A stretch of DNA of 64,000 nucleotides from Paludibacteraceae bacterium (GCA_045630805.1 JAZQTO010000001.1:624-64623), one strand, 5' to 3'. Shown: positions 27,684 through 38,569, counted from the stretch's first letter. The notes: generated by a model from the sequence alone, not told the origin. A program made the numbers and translations.

Positions 27684-28220
27684 TTACTCAGCAGCCTCTG
27701 TCTCAACAGCAGCAGCCTCTTGAGCAGCTTCTACTGCAGCAGCAGCGAGAGCGTCAATAGCCTCTTGGCGTTTCTTAGCTACCTCAGCAGCTTTCGCCTT
27801 GTTAGTCTCTACCTCTTGAGCGAGCAATGCTTTAGCAGCAGCAGCTTTCTTGTCAGCTTCTGCTTGGCTGATCTTACCATTCTTAGCATCCTTTTGTGCT
27901 TTCCAAGCGTCAAAACGCTTTTGAGCCTCTTCAGCAGAGAATGCACCCTTAGCTACACCACCGTTCAAGTGCTTCATGAGCATAACGCCCTCACCAGAGA
28001 GGATGTTGCGAACAGTGTCAGTAGGTTGAGCACCAACGTTTACCCAGTACAAAGCGCGATCGAACTTGAGATCTACCTTAGCAGGGTTGTTGTTTGGGTT
28101 GTAAGAACCGATACGCTCAATAATTTTGCCATCACGTGGCGAGCGGCTGTCAGCTACTACGATGTGGTAGTAAGCGTAGTCTTTGTGACCATGACGAGCC
28201 AAACGAATTTTTGTTGCCAT
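27684..28220 (-). CDS. rpsP: 30S ribosomal protein S16 with an Ala/Lys/Glu-rich C-terminal extension
   Basis: [31 protein letters not shown] is the canonical S16 core. About 90 aa of low-complexity tail follows. Confidence 0.93.
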   Translation of the reverse strand: MATKIRLARHGHKDYAYYHIVVADSRSPRDGKIIERIGSYNPNNNPAKVDLKFDRALYWVNVGAQPTDTVRNILSGEGVMLMKHLNGGVAKGAFSAEEAQKRFDAWKAQKDAKNGKISQAEADKKAAAAKALLAQEVETNKAKAAEVAKKRQEAIDALAAAAVEAAQEAAAVETEAAE

Positions 28221-28454
28221 TTGTTTGTTTTGATTTGTGGACTACAACTACACGAGTTGCGTGTCCGGGTTAATATTAATGGTATGCTTTTTTCACGAAA
28301 AAGCGTGCAAAGGTACTGCTTTTTTTTAATACTACCAAATTTTTAGCAAAAAATCTTGCCTAAGTGGTGTTTTCGTGGTAGTTAAGTGGGTTGGTTATCA
28401 TGGGAATTGGACAGCGAGAAGTCATAGTGATCTATCGGTTGTCTATCTGTAAAG

Positions 28455-28509
28455 TTCCGATGAGATTCCGATGAGATTCCGATGAGGTTCCGATGAAGTC
28501 CCTATGAAG
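28455..28509. repeat. Degenerate 11-bp tandem repeat (ttccgatgaga x5)
   Basis: Five consecutive units that diverge progressively. Intergenic, upstream of holB. Confidence 0.85.
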
Positions 28510-28645
28510 ACAGAGGGCAATAAGATGGGGAAAAGGTAGAAGAAAAAGAGGGGAAAAGATGACTAAGAAATGGCATGAGGATAGATTTCATCTATCATTT
28601 CTCAATAAAAAGCAGAAAATTCTTGCAAATGTGCTATTTTTTTTG

Positions 28646-28653
28646 TACCTTTG
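28646..28653 (+). promoter_or_regulatory. Bacteroidota -7 promoter box (TACCTTTG) for holB
   Basis: 'ttgtacctttgcagg' lies 20 nt upstream of the ATG at 28673. This supports the shorter holB start. Confidence 0.55.
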
Positions 28654-28672
28654 CAGGCTAAATTGTGTAAGT

Positions 28673-29821
28673 ATGCTATTTCGTGAAATCATAGGACATG
28701 AAGAAGTGAAGCGTCAGCTTCGCCAGGGTGTTCGCGAGGGTCGTATTGCTCATGCTCAGTTATTGACAGGCGAGAGAGGTGTGGGCAAGATGGGATTGGC
28801 TTTGGCGTATGCTCAGTACGTGAACTGTCCCAACAGGACAGATGAGGATTCGTGCGGTGTTTGTCCTACCTGTTTGCAGTATCAGAAGTTGCAGCATCCT
28901 GATTTGCATTTTGCTTTTCCTATCGTGAAAAGTGATGCGGGTGATGTGTGTGATGATTTTCTGGACAAGTGGCGCGAGATGGTATTGGAGAGCAGTTATT
29001 TTGACAGCGATGATTGGGGTGTGAAGATGGGAGCAGAGACCAAGCAAGCGATGATTTACGAGAAGGAGAGTAGTGAGATTTTGCGCAAGTTATCGTTGAA
29101 GAGTTTTGGCGATGGATACAAAGTGATGATCATTTGGCAGCCCGAGAAGATGAATGGGAGTTGTGCCAACAAGTTATTGAAACTACTGGAGGAGCCTCCT
29201 CACAAGACCTTATTCTTATTAGTTAGCGAACACCCAGACCAGTTATTGAGTACTATTTTGTCGCGTACTCAGGAGGTGCGCGTACCTCGTTTGAGTGTAG
29301 AAGTGCTAGCAAATGCGTTGTTGGAGCAAGGCGAAGTGGAAGATAGGCAGATGGGCGAAGATTTGGCGCATATAGCGAATGGTAGTTATTTGGTAGCCAA
29401 GAAATTAGCGAGCGCGACCGAGGAGCAAGAGGGATTCTTTAATGACTTTGTGGCATTGATGCGCAATGCGTGGTTGGTGGGTCAAAAGAAAGACTACGGA
29501 GCATTGTTGGAATTGCGCAAATGGAGTTTGGCGATGGCGGATGCGAAGGAAGGACGTGAGAAACAAAAAGCATTCTTGCAATATGCACAGAAACAGATTC
29601 GCGAGAACTATATCTACAATTTCCAATGCGCAGAGATGAATTATCAAACCGCAGCGGAGAGGCAGTTCTCGAGTAAGTTTGCGCCATTTATCCACGAGGG
29701 CAATGTAGAGAAGATGATGGACGAACTAGGCAAAGCAGAGGTGCAAATAGGTCAAAACGGCAATGCTAAAATCATCTTCTTCGATCTGTGCTTGCAGATG
29801 ATTGTGATGGTGAAGAGGTAG
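28673..29821 (+). CDS. holB: DNA polymerase III subunit delta'
   Basis: HAQLLTGERGVGK (degenerate P-loop), zinc module CGVCPTCLQ, and SRTQ sensor motif. The start at MLFREIIGHE follows the promoter box. Confidence 0.88.
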   Translation: MLFREIIGHEEVKRQLRQGVREGRIAHAQLLTGERGVGKMGLALAYAQYVNCPNRTDEDSCGVCPTCLQYQKLQHPDLHFAFPIVKSDAGDVCDDFLDKWREMVLESSYFDSDDWGVKMGAETKQAMIYEKESSEILRKLSLKSFGDGYKVMIIWQPEKMNGSCANKLLKLLEEPPHKTLFLLVSEHPDQLLSTILSRTQEVRVPRLSVEVLANALLEQGEVEDRQMGEDLAHIANGSYLVAKKLASATEEQEGFFNDFVALMRNAWLVGQKKDYGALLELRKWSLAMADAKEGREKQKAFLQYAQKQIRENYIYNFQCAEMNYQTAAERQFSSKFAPFIHEGNVEKMMDELGKAEVQIGQNGNAKIIFFDLCLQMIVMVKR

Positions 29822-29869
29822 TTTTGGGTTTTGGGTTTAGGGTTTAGAATTTAGTGATATAGAATATAT

Positions 29870-31045
29870 ATGAAAGAAGATTTTATGATAAATAATGGTT
29901 CGTGCCATATATCCGAGAAGTCGTGTAAGCGCAATTCGCATCACATGCTTCCTGTGATGGACTGGATGAGTGACATTCCTAGCGCTGGCGAGGAAACGGA
30001 CTTGGTAGAAGTACAATTTAAGAACACCCGCAAGGGCTACTACCATAATGTTGATCATCTTCCCTTGGAGAAGGGCGTGGTGGTGATTGTGGAAGCCAAC
30101 CCAGGATACGATATGGGCGAGGTGACTCTGACGGGAAGATTGGTACCCGTACAAATCAAGAAGAGCAATATCAATCTTGAGCGCTACGAGATACGCAATA
30201 TCACCCGTATCGCCACCGAAGAAGACAAACAACGTGCCGCCGAGGCACACGCCAAAGAGCAAGAGACGATGATTAAGTCTCGTCAGTTGGCGAAGTCACT
30301 AGGTCTGGAGATGAAGATTGGCGACGTGGAGTATCAAGGCGATGGCACCAAAGCGATATTCTACTATATTGCTGAAGGTCGTGTGGATTTTCGTCAGCTC
30401 ATCAAGGTGTATGCGGAGACCTTCCGTATTCGTATTGAGATGAAGCAGATTGGTGCTCGCCAAGAGGCAGGACGTATCGGCGGAACTGGTCCGTGTGGTA
30501 GAGAATTGTGTTGTTCCACTTGGATGACCCAATTTACATCAGTAGGAACCAACGCAGCAAGGATACAGAACTTGTCTCTCAACCCTCAGAAATTGGCGGG
30601 ACAATGTGCCAAACTGAAATGTTGTTTGAACTACGAGACTCCTGTTTATGAAGAGGCAGTCAAGAAGATGCCATCACGCAATATTCAGTTAGAGACGAAA
30701 GATGCAACCTGGTATTTGTTCTCAACCGATCCGTTGAAGGGCGAAGCGACCTACTCTACCGATGCCCATCATCCTGCTAACTTGGAATCTATACCTGCTA
30801 GTCGAGCAAGAGAAATCATCGACATGAACCGCCGAGGCGAGAAACCACTCACCTTGGGTGGCAAACAAGGAACTATGCCAGTCGTAGAGGTGGATTACCA
30901 AAATGTGGTAGGCCAAGATGATTTGACCCGTTTTGACAAGAAGAAAAACAAGAATAATCCAGGCAATCGCCAAGGACGAGGACATGATCGCAAACATCAT
31001 CACAATAGAGGCAATGAAAAGAAACATTCTGATACTAATAGTTAG
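29870..31045 (+). CDS. PSP1-domain protein (RicT/YaaT-like)
   Basis: PSP1 core (VVIVEANPGYDMGEV...GDGTKAIFYYIAEGRVDFRQL...CGRELCC) with a basic His/Arg/Asn-rich C-terminal tail. The holB-PSP1 linkage is conserved. Confidence 0.85.
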   Translation: MKEDFMINNGSCHISEKSCKRNSHHMLPVMDWMSDIPSAGEETDLVEVQFKNTRKGYYHNVDHLPLEKGVVVIVEANPGYDMGEVTLTGRLVPVQIKKSNINLERYEIRNITRIATEEDKQRAAEAHAKEQETMIKSRQLAKSLGLEMKIGDVEYQGDGTKAIFYYIAEGRVDFRQLIKVYAETFRIRIEMKQIGARQEAGRIGGTGPCGRELCCSTWMTQFTSVGTNAARIQNLSLNPQKLAGQCAKLKCCLNYETPVYEEAVKKMPSRNIQLETKDATWYLFSTDPLKGEATYSTDAHHPANLESIPASRAREIIDMNRRGEKPLTLGGKQGTMPVVEVDYQNVVGQDDLTRFDKKKNKNNPGNRQGRGHDRKHHHNRGNEKKHSDTNS

Positions 31046-31478
31046 TCTGCTGTTTGTCGGTTGTCAAGGCGATATTGTCTATACAGTCTTCAAGTCCCTG
31101 CCCAATGTGGGTTGGGAAGCAGACTCAAGTCTGTGTTATCAGCCTGTTATCACAGATAGCGTAGCCGATTATCAGATGCTGATTACGATTCGCCACACAG
31201 ATGTATATCCATATCAAAACCTTTGGCTGTTTGTGGATATTGAGCAAGATAGTCTTTTGCTCACTCGTGATACCATCGAATGTTATATGGCCAATGAGCG
31301 AGGCGAATGGTTGGGAGGAGGCTTGACAGTACACGAGTTGCCGCTACTCTATAGCGATAGTTATCAGTTTGCCAATAGCGGAGAATATCAAATATCTATC
31401 ACACAAGGAATGCGTGAGGATACATTGGTTGGAATAAAAGAAGTAGGCGTAAAAATCATACGAAATGAGCAAAAATAA
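31014..31478 (+). CDS. gldH: Lipoprotein, probable gliding-motility/T9SS-associated GldH
   Basis: Lipobox LLFVGC. About 155 aa. Positioned after holB and the PSP1 gene, as I recall for GldH in Bacteroidota. Overlaps the PSP1 gene by 32 nt. Confidence 0.5.
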   Translation: MKRNILILIVSLLFVGCQGDIVYTVFKSLPNVGWEADSSLCYQPVITDSVADYQMLITIRHTDVYPYQNLWLFVDIEQDSLLLTRDTIECYMANERGEWLGGGLTVHELPLLYSDSYQFANSGEYQISITQGMREDTLVGIKEVGVKIIRNEQK

Positions 31479-32229
31479 GTTAAAGAAATTTGCGGAAATG
31501 GAAACCTTCCACAACGTGTTTCAATGTGGAGCACAGGAGGTGGAGACAAGTGCTGTGCTAGCGATGGCAGGGCATTGGCGTGAGAATTATTTTAAGAACG
31601 ACAACCCTATCGTTTTGGAGTTGGGTTGCGGTCGTGGCGAATATACTGTGGGATTGGCTAAACGTAATCCAAATAAAAACTATATCGGTATTGACATCAA
31701 GGGTGCTCGCATGTGGGCAGGTGCCAAGCAAGCCGAGACGGAAGGCATAAGCAATGTGGCATTCCTGAGAACCAACATAGAAATGCTATGTCGATTTTTT
31801 GCACAAGATGAAGTAGATGAGATATGGATTACCTTCCCTGACCCACAAATGAAGAAGGTAACTAAACGACTGACATCTACCTATTTTATGGAGCGCTATC
31901 GCCAAGTGTTACGCCCAGATGGTATGATTCATCTCAAAACCGATAGTCCGTTCCTATACACCTATACCGAAGCGATGGTCCTAGAGAATAACTATCCAAT
32001 CGTGGTGAATACCAATAATCTCTACGAAGCAGATGCTAGCCCCAAAATAGAAGAAGCTAGATGCTTGCAAACCCATTATGAGAAACAATGGTTGGATCGT
32101 GGGTTGACCATCAAGTATATCACTTGGAAACTACCCCAAATCATCTCGCTCATAGAACCAGATATAGAAATAGAAAAAGACGATTATCGTTCATACGGAA
32201 GAAACTATGTATCCACAACAAATAATTGA
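31465..32229 (+). CDS. trmB: tRNA (guanine46-N7)-methyltransferase
   Basis: SAM motif VLELGCGRGEYTV, plus FPDPQ.KK and the TrmB family layout. Confidence 0.9.
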   Translation: MSKNKLKKFAEMETFHNVFQCGAQEVETSAVLAMAGHWRENYFKNDNPIVLELGCGRGEYTVGLAKRNPNKNYIGIDIKGARMWAGAKQAETEGISNVAFLRTNIEMLCRFFAQDEVDEIWITFPDPQMKKVTKRLTSTYFMERYRQVLRPDGMIHLKTDSPFLYTYTEAMVLENNYPIVVNTNNLYEADASPKIEEARCLQTHYEKQWLDRGLTIKYITWKLPQIISLIEPDIEIEKDDYRSYGRNYVSTTNN

Positions 32230-33250
32230 TGCACTAGAGCATGTCCGCTACCCTGGTACGGGCAAGAATCTCATAGAAAGCGGAATGCTGGAGGATGATA
32301 TCCGCATTTCGGGTATGGAAGTGTCCTTCTCCATCATCTTTGAGAAAGACAATGATCCATTTCGCAAGTCGGTGGTCAAAGCCGCCGAAACTGCCATCCA
32401 CACCTACGTAGATGAGAATGCTGCGGTACATATACATATGAAATTTGTAAAGCAGAACATGGCTCCGAAGTCGGACTCCGTGGAGAACCTACGTGCGAGT
32501 CAGGTGATTGCTATTCACTCGGGCAAAGGAGGCGTTGGCAAATCGACCATATCTGCCAATTTGGCTATTACCTTAGCAAAGATGGGGTATAAAGTGGGAT
32601 TGTTAGATGCCGATATTCATGGTCCTTCTATTCCTAAGATGTTTCATACCGAAGGTTGTCGTCCTGTATCTACTCCTGTGAACGGTCGCAACTTGATTGA
32701 ACCTATTGAGCAGTATGGTGTGAAGATGCTGTCAATCGGCTTCTTTGTGGACCCTCAGCAGGCGGTAGTGTGGCGCGGAGGTATGGCTAGCAATGCTATC
32801 AAACAGCTCATTCTGGATGCCAATTGGGGCGAGTTGGATTACTTCTTGATTGACTTGCCACCAGGCACAAGCGATATTCATTTGAGCCTCGTGCAACACC
32901 TTCAGCTCACGGGTGCCATAGTCGTGACTACTCCTCAGCCCGTAGCACTAGTAGATGCACGCAAGGGAGTGGATATGTTCCAAAACGAGAAAATCAATGT
33001 CCCTGTTCTAGGATTGGTGGAGAATATGGCATGGTTTACTCCTGCTGAATTGCCTAACAATCGCTACTATATCTTCGGAAAAGATGGTGGCAAAGAGTTG
33101 GCAGAAGAGTTGAATATCCCGTTGCTAGGTCAGGTGCCTCTCGTACAATCCATCCGCGAAGGTGGAGACGAAGGTATGCCTATCGCCATGCAAGATGGAC
33201 ACCCTGCTGCACAGATGTTCGCAGCGATCTGTAACACTTTATTAAAGTAA
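32207..33250 (+). CDS. apbC: Mrp/NBP35-family Fe-S cluster carrier ATPase (ApbC)
   Basis: N-terminal DUF59-like domain and deviant Walker A SGKGGVGKST. Confidence 0.9.
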   Translation: MYPQQIIDALEHVRYPGTGKNLIESGMLEDDIRISGMEVSFSIIFEKDNDPFRKSVVKAAETAIHTYVDENAAVHIHMKFVKQNMAPKSDSVENLRASQVIAIHSGKGGVGKSTISANLAITLAKMGYKVGLLDADIHGPSIPKMFHTEGCRPVSTPVNGRNLIEPIEQYGVKMLSIGFFVDPQQAVVWRGGMASNAIKQLILDANWGELDYFLIDLPPGTSDIHLSLVQHLQLTGAIVVTTPQPVALVDARKGVDMFQNEKINVPVLGLVENMAWFTPAELPNNRYYIFGKDGGKELAEELNIPLLGQVPLVQSIREGGDEGMPIAMQDGHPAAQMFAAICNTLLK

Positions 33251-33252
33251 TA

Positions 33253-34629
33253 ATGAATCAAAAACAAATAACCGAACTCGGCACCGCCTCTATTCGTAGT
33301 CTGCTGTTCAAGTATGCTATGCCAGGCATCATCGCCATGACTGCCATGTCGCTCTATAACATGGTGGACTCTATTTTTATAGGACATGGTGTAGGCGCAC
33401 TCGCATTATCGGGCTTAACCGTAGCCAAACCATTTATGGATATTTGTGCTGCATTTGGCACATTGGTGGGTGTAGGTGCAAGTTCGTTGGTAGCCATCAA
33501 ACTAGGAGAGAAAGATTATCGCTCCGCCAATGATATTCTAGCCAATGTAATCATTCTCAATGTCATATTAGGCGCCATCATTATGGTGGTGGGATTGTTT
33601 TGGTTAGACCCTATCCTCTATGCTTTCGGAGCAAGTGATGCGACCATTGCGTATGCCCACGAGTATATGGAAATCATCCTTTGGGGTAACATCTTAACCC
33701 ATATCTACTATGGTCTAAATAGTATGCTACGCTCGGTAGGTCATCCGCGTATTTCCATGTACGCCACCATATTAGCCGTTTCGCTCAATGTGGCATTGGA
33801 TCCTATCTTTATCTTTGTGCTTGACATGGGTGTACGAGGAGCGGCATTAGCGACAATCATCTCCCAATTGGTATCGGTCATTGTAGAATTGATTATCTTC
33901 CTCAATCCCAAAGAGGTTATTCACTTCCATCGTGGCATTTGGCGACTCAAGCGTGATATAACCATGCGTGCTTTAGGCATAGGCACAGCTCCGTTCCTTA
34001 TGCATATGGCTGCATGCTTTGTGGTAATTGTACTCAACAACCAGCTCTTGCGCTATGGTGGAGATATGGAGATTGCCACTTTTGGTATGACCAATCGGTT
34101 TATATTCTTCTTTGTGATGATTGTCATGGGTATCCAACAAGGTATGCAACCTATCGTGGGATATAACTATGGCGCACAACTCTATCATCGTATGCTTAGG
34201 GCATTTAAGTTGGCGGTCTATTGCGCTACTTGCGTGATGAGTTTTCTCTTCCTCTTTGGCGAGATATGGCCCGAAGGGTTTATTCGTCTCTTCACGCATG
34301 ATGAGGTACTCATTGCCCAATCTATCACACCAGCCCGTATCATGCTTGCCGTTATGTTTGCTATTGGTTTTCCAATGATTACAGGTAACTTCTACACCTC
34401 TATCGGCATGGCTCCTAAAGCGATTTTCCTCAGTTTAACTAGACAAGTATTATTCCTCATACCTCTTATCATAGGTCTGCCTTTGTTGTTCGAATCGCTC
34501 GGCATAGCACCCATTTGGGGCGTGTGGTGGAGCTGGCCAATAAGCGATTCGCTTTCGGTCATCATAGCCATGATCGTGTTCAATCGAGATATGAGGAAAT
34601 TCAAATTTCTAAACAACGAAACATTATGA
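33253..34629 (+). CDS. MATE-family efflux transporter
   Basis: 458 aa, 12 TM helices, with a MATE-typical N-terminus (LLFKYAMPGIIAM...NMVDSIFIG). Confidence 0.88.
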   Translation: MNQKQITELGTASIRSLLFKYAMPGIIAMTAMSLYNMVDSIFIGHGVGALALSGLTVAKPFMDICAAFGTLVGVGASSLVAIKLGEKDYRSANDILANVIILNVILGAIIMVVGLFWLDPILYAFGASDATIAYAHEYMEIILWGNILTHIYYGLNSMLRSVGHPRISMYATILAVSLNVALDPIFIFVLDMGVRGAALATIISQLVSVIVELIIFLNPKEVIHFHRGIWRLKRDITMRALGIGTAPFLMHMAACFVVIVLNNQLLRYGGDMEIATFGMTNRFIFFFVMIVMGIQQGMQPIVGYNYGAQLYHRMLRAFKLAVYCATCVMSFLFLFGEIWPEGFIRLFTHDEVLIAQSITPARIMLAVMFAIGFPMITGNFYTSIGMAPKAIFLSLTRQVLFLIPLIIGLPLLFESLGIAPIWGVWWSWPISDSLSVIIAMIVFNRDMRKFKFLNNETL

Positions 34630-35318
34630 CCATACTTTGTATAGAGACATCTACCAACTGTTGTTCTGCAGCTATAACCATAAACGGAGAAGCACAAGCT
34701 ATTAGAGCAAACCTTGCAGGTGCCAATCATGCTAGCGAACTGCCTTTGTTCGTAGAAGAACTGATGAATGAAGCTAGATCCAACAATTGGAAGATCGATG
34801 CAGTAGCGCTATCACAAGGACCTGGCAGTTATACCGGATTACGAATAGGAGCAAGCCTTGCCAAAGGATTATGCTATGGACTGAATATTCCCCTTATCCC
34901 TGTAGATACATTGCAGATACTCTGTGCAGCCGCGGTCACTCAGCATCTTCCACAAAATGCACTATTATGCCCTATGCTGGATGCTCGTCGTATGGAAGTG
35001 TACACTTCTATATATACACGCGAATGCGCGCGCACGAGGGACATTGAGGCTAAAATTATTGATGAACACGCCTTTGAAACCGAATTAAATGAACAAACAA
35101 TCTGCTTTTTCGGTAATGGAGCTAGCAAATGCAAAGACTTCATTCAATCTGACAATGCTCATTTTATAGATGGTATTCTACCACAGGCTCAATATATGGG
35201 AGCGCTCGCTGAGCAGTTGCCTCAGTTGGACATCAAACAAGTAGCATACTACGAACCATTCTACTTGAAAGAATTTATAGCGGCGCCAAGCCATATCAAA
35301 GGATTAGAAACGAAATAA
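34626..35318 (+). CDS. tsaB: tRNA t6A37 biosynthesis protein TsaB
   Basis: MTILCIETSTNCCSAAI...GPGSYTGLRIG. The ATGA overlap with the MATE stop codon supports the start at 34626. Confidence 0.9.
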   Translation: MTILCIETSTNCCSAAITINGEAQAIRANLAGANHASELPLFVEELMNEARSNNWKIDAVALSQGPGSYTGLRIGASLAKGLCYGLNIPLIPVDTLQILCAAAVTQHLPQNALLCPMLDARRMEVYTSIYTRECARTRDIEAKIIDEHAFETELNEQTICFFGNGASKCKDFIQSDNAHFIDGILPQAQYMGALAEQLPQLDIKQVAYYEPFYLKEFIAAPSHIKGLETK

Positions 35319-35327
35319 TATATCGAT

Positions 35328-38036
35328 ATGAAGTTACACAACTATGCCATATTATTAGCACTTGCGAGTTGCTTGATAGCCTGTTCTACCAAGAAGAACA
35401 CCGCTTTATCTCGTGGGTTTCATCAAATGCAAACCAAGTATAATATTTATCACAATGGCGCGATTTCATTTCTTGAAGGAGAACAAGCAATCATTGAGGC
35501 TAACAAAGATGATTTCTCCTCTATAATCAACCTCTACCCTGTTTCTAACCACGAAGCAGCACAAGCAGCTACTTCGCAAATGGATAAAACGATAGAGAAA
35601 TGTCGCAAGTGCATCAAACTGCATAGCATAAAGGCTAGACCTAAAGTTAATTACGACAAAAAACGCAACAACCCTAAATACGCGGCATGGTTGGAGCAAG
35701 AGGAATTCAATAACCAAATGGACAACGCATGGATGATGCTAGCAAAAGCAGAATTCCACAAAGGAGAGTTCCTGGGTAGCATCAGCACCTTCAACTATAT
35801 CATTCGCCATTACCCAAACGATGCGAATATAGTTGCACAATGCCAACTATGGACAGCTAGAGCATATGCTGAAATGGGCTGGCTATACGAGGCGGAAGAT
35901 GTGCTCAACAAAGTGCAAGAGGATAACCTCAGTCGCAAACATGCACCTTTGTACGCAGCTGTGAGCGCGGATATCAAACTCAAAACCAAACAATACAAAG
36001 AGGCTATTCCATTTATCAAAATCGCTCTACCCGAAGAGAAAAGAAAAATGTATCGCCCTCGTTTTCAATTTGTTTTAGGACAGTTATACCAACTCCAAGG
36101 CGATCGCAAACAAGCGAAAAGCGCATATGAAAAAGTGATCAAGATGCAACCATCCAACGAGATGGATTTCAATGCTCGCTTGCATATAGCAGAACTTAAC
36201 GACTCACCCAAAGAGGCCATCAAAATACTCAGCAAAATGGCTAAATTGGACAAAAACAAAGACCTACTTGACCAGATTTATGGCGCTATCGGTAGTGTCT
36301 ATCTCACACAAAAAGACACCACCAAAGCACTCGAATATTACACCCAGGCTATTGAAAGTAGCACACAAAACGGACTAGACAAAGCCAACGTTCTCGTTAT
36401 AGCAGGAGACATCTATTACGAACAACGAGACTATATCAAAGCTAGTCCTTACTACAAAGAGGCCACCCAAATCCTCTCTGCCGAGAGCGAGCAATATGCC
36501 CGCATTCAACGCCGTTCAGAGACTCTTGATGAATTGGTTGTCGAGTATTCCGTGGTACAATTGCAAGACTCTCTACAAGCACTATCCAAACTCACAGAAG
36601 CAGAACAACGAGTGGTCGTGGACTCTATCATCGCACGCCTTATTCGTGCTGAAGAGGAAACCAAAGAGAAAGAGGAGCAAGCCGCACGCGATGCCGCCAA
36701 TGGCGTTGGACCACGTAGTGTCAATACTTCCAATATGCTTGGTGGCGGCGCACAAAGCAGAGACTGGTATTTCTATAACCCACAACTCCTACGCTCTGGC
36801 CAACAGACCTTCCGTACACAATGGGGCAACCGCCCACTTGAAGACAACTGGCGTCGTCTGAGCAAAGCTATGAGTAGTTCGGCATTTGACGACGATACGG
36901 AAGATGAGGAGTTACCAACCGATTCTCTAGCCACAGAAGATGGCGACCAAGCGGCTGTGGAGACCGATGACCACAAACCAGAATACTATCTCCAACAGAT
37001 TCCTAAAACGGATGCGGATATCATTCAGTCCAACGAACTGATTGCTGCTGCATTATATAATATGGTATATATCTATCGCGACCGTGTAGGAGACCAAGAA
37101 CTCAGCGACGAAACATTCAGAGAATTCTGCAAACGGTTCCCTAACCATAAACTCCTAGTTGATCTCTACTATATGCAATACCTTACCGCGCTCAAAACCA
37201 ATGATATGATTGCTGCGGAACAGTATAGACAAGACATTATGCGACTATTCCCTGGTACCAACGAGGCTTATATCGTGAGTCAACCTGATTACTTTAATAA
37301 ACTCCGTCGCATGTCCGTAGAACAAGACTCGCTCTACGAACAAACCTATACTGCATATAGCCAAAATCAATTTACTGTTGTCAAAGAGAATAAGACATAC
37401 GCAGAAACCAATTATCCACTCTCTCCGCTCATGCCTCGATTCCTCTTCCTCAATGCGATTGCCGTGGCCAAGACCGATGGACAAGATGCCTTCGTTATTC
37501 AGTTGCAAGACATGGTTACTCGCTACCCTGATAGCGAACTAGCATCCATGGCCAAGGATATGCTTGCACTCATGGGACAAGGTGCAGAGAGCCAAGTGGG
37601 AGATATCTCTTCCCTACAAGCGAAACGAAACGCAGAACCTAGTCAAGAAAGCACAGATAGCGTAGAGGTAAGCTTTGATCCAACACGCAACACCCCTGCA
37701 ATGTTGCTATTGGTTATCAACCAGGATGAGCAACAACTCAACCAACTCCTTTACGATATTGCGCTCTTCAACTTCTCGCAATTCATGATCAAAGACTTTG
37801 ATCTCAAGCAAGAACTCAATTTCACAAGAGACCAAAGCGCTGTGATCGTATCTGGATTTGAAAAACTAGACGAGGCAGAATGGTATCACAACCTCCTAAC
37901 CAAAAATCCTGAGATAAGTCAAAAGATTATTACTAATAACATTCAAGTCATTAGCATCACGCAAACCAACTTCGAAATCCTCAGCCAGCATTTTACTTTG
38001 ACTGACTACCTCGAGTGGTTGAAGACAACCAAGTGA
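35328..38036 (+). CDS. TPR-repeat lipoprotein, possibly T9SS PorW/SprE
   Basis: Lipobox LASCLIAC. N-terminal FHQMQTKYNIYHNG resembles the SprE/PorW signature as I recall it. Multiple TPR-like helices. About 900 aa. Confidence 0.5.
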   Translation: MKLHNYAILLALASCLIACSTKKNTALSRGFHQMQTKYNIYHNGAISFLEGEQAIIEANKDDFSSIINLYPVSNHEAAQAATSQMDKTIEKCRKCIKLHSIKARPKVNYDKKRNNPKYAAWLEQEEFNNQMDNAWMMLAKAEFHKGEFLGSISTFNYIIRHYPNDANIVAQCQLWTARAYAEMGWLYEAEDVLNKVQEDNLSRKHAPLYAAVSADIKLKTKQYKEAIPFIKIALPEEKRKMYRPRFQFVLGQLYQLQGDRKQAKSAYEKVIKMQPSNEMDFNARLHIAELNDSPKEAIKILSKMAKLDKNKDLLDQIYGAIGSVYLTQKDTTKALEYYTQAIESSTQNGLDKANVLVIAGDIYYEQRDYIKASPYYKEATQILSAESEQYARIQRRSETLDELVVEYSVVQLQDSLQALSKLTEAEQRVVVDSIIARLIRAEEETKEKEEQAARDAANGVGPRSVNTSNMLGGGAQSRDWYFYNPQLLRSGQQTFRTQWGNRPLEDNWRRLSKAMSSSAFDDDTEDEELPTDSLATEDGDQAAVETDDHKPEYYLQQIPKTDADIIQSNELIAAALYNMVYIYRDRVGDQELSDETFREFCKRFPNHKLLVDLYYMQYLTALKTNDMIAAEQYRQDIMRLFPGTNEAYIVSQPDYFNKLRRMSVEQDSLYEQTYTAYSQNQFTVVKENKTYAETNYPLSPLMPRFLFLNAIAVAKTDGQDAFVIQLQDMVTRYPDSELASMAKDMLALMGQGAESQVGDISSLQAKRNAEPSQESTDSVEVSFDPTRNTPAMLLLVINQDEQQLNQLLYDIALFNFSQFMIKDFDLKQELNFTRDQSAVIVSGFEKLDEAEWYHNLLTKNPEISQKIITNNIQVISITQTNFEILSQHFTLTDYLEWLKTTK

Positions 38037-38044
38037 TAGATATG

Positions 38045-38075
38045 AAAAAAGGATGACCGATGGTCATCCTTTTTT
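38045..38075 (+). terminator. Intrinsic terminator after the TPR lipoprotein gene
   Basis: Hairpin ggatgacc-gat-ggtcatcc followed by tttttt. The T-run merges into attL. Confidence 0.8.
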
Positions 38076-38121
38076 GTAGCGGGACCCAGGATTGAACTGG
38101 GGACCTCATGATTATGAATCA
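38071..38121. repeat. attL: displaced 3' half of tRNA(CAU)
   Basis: Exact copy of 47321-47371. The match to the tRNA stops after the anticodon-arm sequence. Confidence 0.9.
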
Positions 38122-38569
38122 CCACAAGTTTATTAGAAAGCATTCTGTTTTGTTATTATAACATAGTGATTACATAGTATATATAAAGTCTTCTTCGATT
38201 CTGTTCGAAAACTTTCAGGAAAAATGTTGGTGGTTTTGTTGGTGGTTAGGATTTTTCTTGTACTTTTGTTTGAATTATCTAATATGATATTTTAAGATAA
38301 AAAGATAAGACAACACATGTTAGTTATAAATAACGAATATCGTTAAATTTTAAAGTAGTACAAACTAAAAATAGCACAAAGAGTGGTATAATGGGTATTC
38401 CCCCCAATATGACACGATAATTTTTCACACCTTAATTATATGTAGTTGCAAACTTGCACTATCCGCATGAACAAACAGTCTGATATTATTTTCATAGGTT
38501 ATTATGAAAAAAGCCGGTAGTATAACTACTGGCCTTTTTCTCTAAATGGAATCACCTATCTTAGTTCTA

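Noticed and set aside
29822-29850. Plant-telomere-like TTTAGGG / TTTTGGG units between holB and the PSP1 gene (also at ~63076)
   Set aside because: There are only 3-4 degenerate units in a 48-nt bacterial spacer. They belong to the general short-period word-repeat style of this genome, not to telomeric sequence.
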